Shown here: piece by piece, positions 57,289 to 64,000 of the stretch
How positions within the stretch are numbered: position 1 is the stretch's first letter
Layout of the letters: every line of letters starts with the position of its first letter
Assembly: GCA_903945195.1 (NCBI GenBank)
Contig: CAJAUT010000009.1
Location: 23,231 to 87,230, forward strand
Source of the DNA: an uncultured bacterium
GTDB taxonomy: Bacteria > Patescibacteriota > Microgenomatia > UBA1400 > UBA12108
Length of the DNA: 64,000 nt
Reading direction: 5' to 3'
Translations under genes and position numbers: made by a program
Notes under the pieces: generated by a model
The model's database searches: none
What the model saw: only the letters and a program-made list of their open reading frames with translations
What the model was told of the DNA's origin: nothing

Positions 57289-57315
57289 AAAAAGTCCCCT
57301 CGCGGGGACTTTTTG
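57289..57315 (-). terminator. Intra-operon rho-independent terminator between pilin-like paralogs P6 and P7
   Basis: Perfect hairpin agtcccc-tcgc-ggggact with T/A runs on both sides (aaaagtcccctcgcggggacttttt). Confidence 0.55.
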
Positions 57316-57335
57316 AATAAATTTAACTAAAGATC

Positions 57336-57686
57336 TTAGTAGGCTTTTGGTGGAGTAATGTTGCCACCCAAGATATCGATACCAAAGAAATATTGGATGA
57401 TAAGCATGACAGCCCAAGCTGAGGCTACGACTGCTAGACCAACTAGAGCAGCGGTGATACGATCGCGAGCTTCTTGAGTTTTGCCTTTGTCACCACCTGA
57501 ACTAATCCACTGAATACCACCCCAGATAAGGAACATAAAGACCATAAGAGCTGAGACAAGGAGTGCTCCTTGGACCGCGCCTTTGATGAGGGTGCCGATA
57601 TTTGTGATAGCAACTCCTTCTGGTTTGCTAATGGATAAATCTGGAGCAGCGGGGGCTGCTTGCGCTAACTTGACTAGAAATGACAT
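57336..57686 (-). CDS. Small two-helix pilin-like protein, paralog P6
   Basis: 116 aa: ...LIWGGIQWISSGGDKGKTQEARDRITAALVGLAVVASAWAV... Confidence 0.6.
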   Translation of the reverse strand: MSFLVKLAQAAPAAPDLSISKPEGVAITNIGTLIKGAVQGALLVSALMVFMFLIWGGIQWISSGGDKGKTQEARDRITAALVGLAVVASAWAVMLIIQYFFGIDILGGNITPPKAY

Positions 57687-57724
57687 ATTATTTTCTCCTT
57701 TTCTTAATATTAGTTTTTATTTTA

Positions 57725-58024
57725 TCATTTAGCAAGACCAATGCCGAGGAAGTAATCGATGAGTAGGTATACAGCCCAGGCCGAAGCCACTATAGTTAGC
57801 CCGATAATGCCGTTGGTAATTTTACCTTTTGCTTCTTCTAGCTTTCCCTTGTCTCCGCCACTCATGATCCATTGAACTCCACCATAAACTAAATACAAGA
57901 AAGTGGACAAGCCGGCTACCAATAAAATAGCTCCAAATGATTTTTGAACAAAAACTCCAAGAGATTCGTTGATTGCTATCCTTGATTTAGCTTCGGTGCC
58001 GATATTTACATTAAATGATCCCAT
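57725..58024 (-). CDS. Small two-helix pilin-like protein, paralog P5
   Basis: 99 aa: ...LVYGGVQWIMSGGDKGKLEEAKGKITNGIIGLTIVASAWAV... Confidence 0.6.
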   Translation of the reverse strand: MGSFNVNIGTEAKSRIAINESLGVFVQKSFGAILLVAGLSTFLYLVYGGVQWIMSGGDKGKLEEAKGKITNGIIGLTIVASAWAVYLLIDYFLGIGLAK

Positions 58025-58028
58025 AAAT

Positions 58029-58367
58029 TTATCCTGCTGTAGGCCAACTAAAGTTTAGTATATCCATATTGATGGCGGATTCAATGAATTTGATGATTAC
58101 ATAAGAGGCCGCTAGGATCACTAGGCCTACTAGACCTTGAGTGATCTTGCCTCTTGCTTCTTCAATTTTACCCTTGTCTCCACCAGCTGTGATCCAGGTC
58201 ACCCCGCCAAGAAGGAGATAGAGTAAAAATGCTAGCCCTCCCACCAAGATGATTGTTTGCCAAAGGGTGGCGATGGTGATAGCAAACTGACCAGCCTGGG
58301 TTTCGTTGGCAGCTCCTCCTCCTGGTACAGCTAGATTTGTGATTTGGGCAAGTGCTTTTTTAATCAT
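58029..58367 (-). CDS. Small two-helix pilin-like protein, paralog P4
   Basis: 112 aa: ...LLLGGVTWITAGGDKGKIEEARGKITQGLVGLVILAASYVI... Confidence 0.6.
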   Translation of the reverse strand: MIKKALAQITNLAVPGGGAANETQAGQFAITIATLWQTIILVGGLAFLLYLLLGGVTWITAGGDKGKIEEARGKITQGLVGLVILAASYVIIKFIESAINMDILNFSWPTAG

Positions 58368-58371
58368 ATGT

Positions 58372-58743
58372 TTATTGGAACTTTATGACTCCCGGTGAAA
58401 TCAATGATGCGGGATTTAATATGTTGATACCAAGTGCTTGTCCTACGATCCAGACTATTGAGTAGGAGAGGGTGATGACGATCATGCCGATAGCGCCATT
58501 TGTCATCATGCCCTTGGCTTTGTCGATTTTACCTTTGTCACCGCCGGCCGTGATCCAGTTGAGACCGCCTAGAAGGAAATATAAAACAAAAGCTATACCC
58601 GCTACGACTGTAAGGATGACTAGTACGTTGCTGACGAGCTTTTCTACGGCTCCCGTTGCGCCTGCTACGCCATCTCCTGGCTGATAACCTCCTGGAGTGG
58701 TAATCTTGGAAAAATCTATACCCTGAGCAAGTAGTTTTGTCAT
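58372..58743 (-). CDS. Small two-helix pilin-like protein, paralog P3
   Basis: 123 aa: ...FLLGGLNWITAGGDKGKIDKAKGMMTNGAIGMIVITLSYSI... Confidence 0.6.
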   Translation of the reverse strand: MTKLLAQGIDFSKITTPGGYQPGDGVAGATGAVEKLVSNVLVILTVVAGIAFVLYFLLGGLNWITAGGDKGKIDKAKGMMTNGAIGMIVITLSYSIVWIVGQALGINILNPASLISPGVIKFQ

Positions 58744-59099
58744 GGTGTTGCGCTCCCTGGTCCAATAATTTTGGGTGTCAATATAGCCCCTGCATTACCA
58801 AATAACACAAAGGAGATGATGCCTGTGATGGCCGCCGCTGCAACCATGATAACTAGCCCAATGAGAGAAGTGGTAATAGATTGCTGGGCAGCCTCGATCT
58901 TTTTTTGGTCACCCGCTGCAGTTATATAGCTGAATCCGGCAATCATGAGGTTAAAAAATGTCCAAAGTCCACCCACTACAAAGATGATGGTAACGACATT
59001 GGTAATAAATGCAGGCAGCCCTGTGCTGACGTCTGTATAGCCGTTTGAACCTACTTTTGTGAGTGGATTTATGATGTCTGTGCCTAGTAATCCTGCCAT
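58740..59099 (-). CDS. Small two-helix pilin-like protein, paralog P2
   Basis: 119 aa: ...LMIAGFSYITAAGDQKKIEAAQQSITTSLIGLVIMVAAAAI... Confidence 0.55.
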   Translation of the reverse strand: MAGLLGTDIINPLTKVGSNGYTDVSTGLPAFITNVVTIIFVVGGLWTFFNLMIAGFSYITAAGDQKKIEAAQQSITTSLIGLVIMVAAAAITGIISFVLFGNAGAILTPKIIGPGSATP

Positions 59100-59101
59100 A
59101 T

Positions 59102-59437
59102 TTATAAACTCGAATTAAGTATCTGTACCCCTGTAACTACCTGGATAATTTGGATAATCCAGTAGGAAGCAAAAAGTACTAATAATCCTATTATAGCAGA
59201 GGTGATAGTTTTGGTGCCTTCTTCGATCTTGTGAGGGTCACCCGCATTGGCGATGATAGTAAATCCTCCAAAAATTATCATAAAAAAGATAACTAGACCT
59301 CCGGCGACATATATGTTTGGGACGATGTTGTTGATTAAATCTCCCACGCCGGTATAGGCAGTTGTTGCACTATCTTTTTGAAATCTTAAACAGTCACCTA
59401 AATTTGTAGGACATTCCATGTTTTGAGTATAGCGCAA
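59102..59437 (-). CDS. Small two-helix pilin-like protein, paralog P1 (operon-proximal)
   Basis: 111 aa: ...IIFGGFTIIANAGDPHKIEEGTKTITSAIIGLLVLFASYWI...; starts 19 bp from the divergent sigma-factor gene. Confidence 0.55.
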   Translation of the reverse strand: MRYTQNMECPTNLGDCLRFQKDSATTAYTGVGDLINNIVPNIYVAGGLVIFFMIIFGGFTIIANAGDPHKIEEGTKTITSAIIGLLVLFASYWIIQIIQVVTGVQILNSSL

Positions 59438-59456
59438 GTTGTATAATCCATAAAGT

Positions 59457-59990
59457 ATGAATGAACTGATAAGTCTAGTGTTATCTGGAGAAAAAGGAGC
59501 AGCAACTAGGTTTTACAAAGAGTTTGCGCCCAAACTACGCAGATATCTAAACATAAAACTGCCAGAGGGAGAGGTGGAGGAAGTGCTGCAAGATACTTTT
59601 CTTTCGGCTTTTGACTCGCTCCCACTTTATAGAGGAGAATCGAGTGTATCTACTTGGCTCATTTCTATAGCTAGGCATGAGGTGGCTGATTTTTACCGGA
59701 AAAAATATGTCAGGAGCGCAATAGAGCACACAGCGCCACTTTTTGAAAACATGGTGTCGGAACTGCTATCACCAGAGTTTGAATCGGAAAAGAAGAAAAT
59801 AGAGAAGAAGTTTTTTGCTACATACCGCAAACTATCTAGTCAGTATCAAGACGTGTTGTCTTATAGATTTGAACTGTCGATGTCTGTAAAAGAGATAGCG
59901 CAGCGAATGGATTTGTCTTTTAAGGCGACAGAGTCACTATTATATAGAGCGAGACTAGCGTTTAGAGAAGAATATGAAAGCGGAAAATAG
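59457..59990 (+). CDS. ECF-type sigma-70 family RNA polymerase sigma factor
   Basis: Region 2 (LQDTFLSAFDSLPLYRGESSVSTWLISIARHEVADFYRKK) and region 4 (VLSYRFELSMSVKEIAQRMDLSFKATESLLYRARLAFR); 177 aa. Confidence 0.75.
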   Translation: MNELISLVLSGEKGAATRFYKEFAPKLRRYLNIKLPEGEVEEVLQDTFLSAFDSLPLYRGESSVSTWLISIARHEVADFYRKKYVRSAIEHTAPLFENMVSELLSPEFESEKKKIEKKFFATYRKLSSQYQDVLSYRFELSMSVKEIAQRMDLSFKATESLLYRARLAFREEYESGK

Positions 59991-60207
59991 TTTTATTTTG
60001 CAGCTAGAGCAGAAAGCTAAAGAGCAAAAACTTCTAGTAAAAACAGAGATAATGCCAGAGTGGGCAAAGGGAATAGGCGGGTGGCTTACAGTGAACCCGT
60101 GGAGAGTGATAATACCCATTAGTGCACTAGCATACTGCATACTGCGTACGGCATACGGCTACGGTTTTAGAGAATTTGTGCTTGGGCTATTTGGGGGATT
60201 TGCATGA
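59974..60207 (+). CDS. Small single-TM protein downstream of the sigma factor (possible anti-sigma component)
   Basis: 77 aa, one hydrophobic helix (VIIPISALAYCIL); overlaps the sigma gene by 17 bp. Confidence 0.35.
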   Translation: MKAENSFILQLEQKAKEQKLLVKTEIMPEWAKGIGGWLTVNPWRVIIPISALAYCILRTAYGYGFREFVLGLFGGFA

Positions 60208-60509
60208 GGAAGATAGTTTTGTGGATGACTTATGTGTGGGCGACAACGCTGGCTGGGCTTGCCATGCATCCATACCAATCGATTAAGAGGATGGTACTAA
60301 ATAAACCGATTTTGCTGCCAGTATCTTTGTCGCCGGTTATTGGACTGATAGGACTATTTGTAGTTGGAAGGGTGGGGTCGTATATTTTTACGCTTGGAGT
60401 TATTGGCAGAGAATTGATGGCGATGATGCTTGGAGCGACTTTGATAGGACTCTTGCTCTGGCAAGGATTGCTTTTGGCACTCGTGATTAGGTTTTGGCGA
60501 GCTCGTTAG
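60204..60509 (+). CDS. Small 3-TM membrane protein (possible anti-sigma component)
   Basis: 101 aa, three hydrophobic helices, start overlaps the previous stop by 4 bp. Confidence 0.4.
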   Translation: MRKIVLWMTYVWATTLAGLAMHPYQSIKRMVLNKPILLPVSLSPVIGLIGLFVVGRVGSYIFTLGVIGRELMAMMLGATLIGLLLWQGLLLALVIRFWRAR

Positions 60510-60868
60510 AGACCTTCGACGATTTCTACTTCACCAAAATATTTCATTTTGAGGAGTTGTTTGTCGCTAGTTAGGAAATAATCACAGTGAGAAGAAGATG
60601 CTGAGTGAAGCTGAATGTTGTCTTCAAGATCTGAGGTGGGATTATGAAGACTTTTAGTAAGTATTTCAGTTGATAAATCAACAAAAGAAAGGTCTCTGAG
60701 TGAATTGAGTAGTAGTTGGTTGGGAATTTTTTTCTTGGAGATATATGAATAAATATGATATGAAAGTGGAGAAACAAACACTTCATTATTTAGTAAAAAT
60801 GAACGCTTGGACCTATCTCTTTCCAAGATATCAATGAAGTAGTTGGTATCAAGATAGACCTTGGCCAT
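60506..60868 (-). CDS. PIN-domain toxin (VapC-like)
   Basis: N-terminal VYLDTNYFIDIL (catalytic Asp) and a later FLTSDKQLL; 120 aa. Confidence 0.6.
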   Translation of the reverse strand: MAKVYLDTNYFIDILERDRSKRSFLLNNEVFVSPLSYHIYSYISKKKIPNQLLLNSLRDLSFVDLSTEILTKSLHNPTSDLEDNIQLHSASSSHCDYFLTSDKQLLKMKYFGEVEIVEGL

Positions 60869-61121
60869 ATTTATCCATTAGATGTTTACGATATATTTTC
60901 TCTCTTTGAGCATGTGTAGTTTTGGGTAGGTTTAGCTCATCTAGGAGCTTGCCAAATCTTTCAGCGTTGAACTTTTTGGGTTGTTTGTTGATGGTGGGTG
61001 AAATAGTTGCCACAATTTTGGAACGATGAATTAACTGAATTGACTTTCCCGCCATTAAATTGGCTATTAAATCTGAAGATTGAGTTCTGAGCTGAGTGGT
61101 AGTGATGTAGTTCATATACAT
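60849..61121 (-). CDS. Phd/YefM-type antitoxin
   Basis: 90 aa; N-terminal ITTTQLRTQSSDLIANLMAGKSIQLIHRSKIVATISP fits the Phd/YefM fold pattern; overlaps the PIN gene by 20 bp. Confidence 0.5.
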   Translation of the reverse strand: MYMNYITTTQLRTQSSDLIANLMAGKSIQLIHRSKIVATISPTINKQPKKFNAERFGKLLDELNLPKTTHAQREKIYRKHLMDKYGQGLS

Positions 61122-61429
61122 TTAAATATACACTTGAATGTATATTTGTCAACTTCAATATATCAAACTCCGGGAGTTTGATATGAATGATTTCTTTGTG
61201 ATGGGCGACTAAGTGGGTATGGAGATACCGCGGATCAGACTATTGATGCAGGGATTACATGCCCTAGAATCTGGGATGGTTAGTCCGCGGAGAGTTTCTG
61301 AAATTGGATTTGCCCATGCAGTGAGTGAGGCTAGATCAAAGAGAATTGGCTTAACCGCTGAAGAAGTAGCTGAAAAATTTATGAAATATTCGAACCAGAG
61401 AGATGCGGAAAGAGAGGGGATATTAGTGA

Positions 61430-62059
61430 TTGGACTTATTACGTCAGTCAAAATGGAACATGTGGGATAATAGCCAAATGAATTTGCGAAAAACCGTGGA
61501 AGAAGTCGACCAGAAATATCACGAGAGAAAAGTGGTGCTCGTGGACGAAAATGATAATGAACTGGGTATAGGTGGTTTGGTAGAAGCTCATAGAGAGAAA
61601 GGGTTGAAACATAGAGCCTTTTCTTTGCAGTTATATAGGCAAGTGGGGGATAAATTTGAACTTTTATTACAGCAAAGAGCAGAGATCAAACCAGTTTTTC
61701 CTAAATACTGGGCAAATACTTGTTGCTACAACATGGCACCAGGAGAGAAATATCTAGAAAGAGCAGTAAGTAGGGTCAAAGAGGAGGTGGGAGTGGAAGT
61801 AGGAGTAGAAAACTTACGAGAACTATATAAATTTAGCTATGAAGCGGATGATATTGAGGGGTGGTGTGAGAATGAGCTAGACAATGTGGTAGTGGGGGAG
61901 TGGTCAGGTGATCTGCAGCTGAATCTAGAGGAAGCGATGGATGCTAAATGGGTGGAGTGGGATGAATTAAACAATGATATTAAAGAAGGTCCAGAGAAAT
62001 ATGCTCCGTGGTTCAAGATGATAGTTTCTGACTCCCGATTCTGCAGCGTTTTCGAATGA
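61430..62059 (+). CDS. idi: Isopentenyl-diphosphate delta-isomerase, type 1 (Nudix fold)
   Basis: HRAFSLQLY..ELLLQQRA..K..FPKYWANTCCYNMAPGE with the conserved TNTCCSHP-like Cys motif and a Glu-rich Nudix-like segment. Confidence 0.8.
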   Translation: MDLLRQSKWNMWDNSQMNLRKTVEEVDQKYHERKVVLVDENDNELGIGGLVEAHREKGLKHRAFSLQLYRQVGDKFELLLQQRAEIKPVFPKYWANTCCYNMAPGEKYLERAVSRVKEEVGVEVGVENLRELYKFSYEADDIEGWCENELDNVVVGEWSGDLQLNLEEAMDAKWVEWDELNNDIKEGPEKYAPWFKMIVSDSRFCSVFE

Positions 62060-62088
62060 TTTTGAGATAATTTGCGACTTTATTATTC

Positions 62089-62322
62089 ATGGACTTGGAT
62101 AAAATAAAAATTGTATTAGCAGAGGAGCCTTGGTCGCTTAAAATGGTGGATGATGCCGCTCGAGGAATGGTGCAGGGAACTTGTGCGTATGATCCTCCCG
62201 AGATGCAGTTAAAGTCTTGGATTGAAATTGCTAGGCATAACTTTAGAAATGATGCTCACGGCTTTGAAATAGAAGTTCAGTCTTTGATAGCTCAGGCTTT
62301 AGCGGGGAAATTTGATGTATAA
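62089..62322 (+). CDS. Hypothetical small protein
   Basis: 77-aa ORF between idi and the first GHMP kinase; no motif. Confidence 0.3.
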   Translation: MDLDKIKIVLAEEPWSLKMVDDAARGMVQGTCAYDPPEMQLKSWIEIARHNFRNDAHGFEIEVQSLIAQALAGKFDV

Positions 62323-63154
62323 ATCAAACTTTGTTACTGGAAAGGTGATTTTGGCGGGGGAACATGCGGCGGTTTATGGCAAGATGGCGCTGGCAGCTAG
62401 TATTTCACTAGGAGCAACGATAAAAGTAGTTGATGAAGTTTTTGAAAAAACAGACTTGGTAAAGAAGGCAATAGAAGTGGCCGGGGGTAATGAAAGTATC
62501 CAAGTGAAGATCGAGAGTGACTTGCCCATTGGATCTGGACTAGGATCGTCGGCAGTAGTCGCGGCAGCAACCATAAATGCCGTTCGAGAATATTTAGGAA
62601 AGCCCATAAATAAAGATGAATTGTTTAAATTGACGATGGAGTGTGAAAGGCTGGCGCATGGCAATCCTTCAGGTCTAGATCCTACTACCGTCATTTACGG
62701 CGGACTAATAGCTTTTACAAAGGGCCAACCATTTGAAAGATTAAATATTTTGAAATCTATAAAATTACTTTTAGTAAACTCGGGTAAACCAGAAGAATCA
62801 ACAAAAGAAATGATTGAGCTTGTAGCTAATAATATAAATAAAGATGAAATTATAGATCGAATCGGAGATCTGACAATCGAATTTAAAAAGATGCTAGAGA
62901 GTGGGCAGGATATCTCAGCTATATTGAATCAGAATGGACTAATGCTGGAAGAGCTAGGAGTGGTGGGAGCTAAAGCAGTAATGCTAAGCAAAGAAATCAG
63001 GAATTTGGGAGGAAGCGTAAAAATAGTGGGGGCTGGAGGGGCAAGAACTGGATCGGGGATGATGATAGTAATGGCTCCAGATTATACAAAAATCATGAAA
63101 TTGTTGGACAATAAACAAATTGATTATTTTGAGACAACAATAGGAGCGAAATGA
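62312..63154 (+). CDS. GHMP-kinase family protein (mevalonate-pathway kinase, short form)
   Basis: N-terminal KVILAGEHAAVYG and the GHMP motif PIGSGLGSSAVVAAA; 280 aa. Confidence 0.65.
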   Translation: MMYKSNFVTGKVILAGEHAAVYGKMALAASISLGATIKVVDEVFEKTDLVKKAIEVAGGNESIQVKIESDLPIGSGLGSSAVVAAATINAVREYLGKPINKDELFKLTMECERLAHGNPSGLDPTTVIYGGLIAFTKGQPFERLNILKSIKLLLVNSGKPEESTKEMIELVANNINKDEIIDRIGDLTIEFKKMLESGQDISAILNQNGLMLEELGVVGAKAVMLSKEIRNLGGSVKIVGAGGARTGSGMMIVMAPDYTKIMKLLDNKQIDYFETTIGAK

Positions 63155-64000
63155 AAGTAACTGCATCGGCGCCGGGGAAGCTAATGTTATATGGTGAACA
63201 TGCTGTTGTGTATGGATCACCATGTATCGTGACGGCGGTAGACCAGAGGGTGAGGGTGACAGTTGAGCCAAATGGCGAGGGAGAGATCCATGTGTGCTCA
63301 CCAAACGTAGGACTAGATGAGTATCACAAAAAGATCTCAAAACTAGGGAAGGATGATCTACCAAAGTCTATGGCATTTGTCGAGATGCTAGTGAAGAGAG
63401 TGTATGAAAAATTTGGGTTAAAAACTGGAATACGTATCTCGACAGAATCGGATTTTTCGACTCAGTTTGGATTTGGATCATCGGCCGCGGTTGTAGCCGC
63501 ACTGGCGAAAGCACTGGACTTATATTTTGATTTGAAGATGACACAAAAGGATATTTTTCAGATAGCGTATCAGGCAGTACTTGATGTACAGGGAGTGGGG
63601 AGTGGATTTGATGTAGCTGCCTCAGTCTATGGAGGCACCATTTATTATGTAACTCCAGGTGACATAATTGAGAGTGTTTGGGAGGGAAATCTACCTATGG
63701 TAGTAGGTTATACAGGAGTTAAGGCCGACACCCCAACTTTGATACGACAAGTGGCAGAACTAAAGCGAAATGAAGGGTGGGTTGAGTCTGTTTTTGCGGA
63801 TATAATAAACTTGGTGAATAAAGCAAAAACATTGTTTGAGAAAAAAGATTTTGTACAGCTAGGAAAGCTAATGAACAAAAATCAGAAACTACTTGCGACA
63901 CTTAACGTGAGCTCAGTAGAACTAGACAAAATGATTAAAGGAGCCAAGGATGCTAAAGCATATGGCGCTAAACTGTCTGGGGCTGGTGGAGGTGATTGTA
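63151..64000 (+). CDS. GHMP-kinase family protein (mevalonate/phosphomevalonate kinase-like), 3' end beyond the window
   Basis: GKLMLYGEHAVVYG N-terminus, FGFGSSAAVVAALAKAL GHMP motif, C-terminal KLSGAGGGDC; ATGA start/stop overlap with the previous gene. Confidence 0.65.
   Translation, partial: MKVTASAPGKLMLYGEHAVVYGSPCIVTAVDQRVRVTVEPNGEGEIHVCSPNVGLDEYHKKISKLGKDDLPKSMAFVEMLVKRVYEKFGLKTGIRISTESDFSTQFGFGSSAAVVAALAKALDLYFDLKMTQKDIFQIAYQAVLDVQGVGSGFDVAASVYGGTIYYVTPGDIIESVWEGNLPMVVGYTGVKADTPTLIRQVAELKRNEGWVESVFADIINLVNKAKTLFEKKDFVQLGKLMNKNQKLLATLNVSSVELDKMIKGAKDAKAYGAKLSGAGGGDC

Overview
This window appears to span the chromosomal replication origin of a reduced, CPR/Saccharibacteria-like bacterium; the taxonomic guess is inference from gene content only. 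The conserved block rpmH-(inserted gene)-rnpA-yidD-yidC-jag lies on the minus strand, followed by dnaA, a DnaA-box-rich oriC and dnaN on the plus strand. Other core genes are gap, pyrH, groES-groEL with a CIRCE-like operator, valS, rplY, rnhA, a tRNA-Cys, and idi with two GHMP kinases (mevalonate pathway). Three regions look accessory. (1) About 14.2-29.4 kb is a toxin-antitoxin and regulator-rich island with two Fic proteins, AbiEi/AbiEii, VapBC, BrnTA, three paralogous TrmB-like regulators each paired with a transporter, and three MFS paralogs. (2) About 42.2-59.4 kb is a minus-strand type IV secretion-like locus: VirB4 ATPase, a PrgI/VirB3-like protein, a VirB6-like/CHAP fusion, a VirB6/TrbL-like protein and large secreted proteins. 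Its promoter-proximal end holds a tandem array of seven paralogous ~100-aa two-helix proteins sharing a W-I-T-x-GGDKGK-IEEAK loop motif, which I read as a candidate pilin repertoire. An intra-operon terminator follows the sixth paralog, and an ECF sigma factor is transcribed divergently 19 bp away. (3) At least four families of short palindromic MITE-like repeats are dispersed through the window. Several sit in-frame inside genes (valS, a MOP flippase, rnpA, a nucleotidyltransferase), and one O-antigen-ligase-like ORF carries four copies without losing its reading frame. A second DnaA-box cluster about 13 kb from oriC and homopolymeric tracts inside Fic and SDR genes are also noted.
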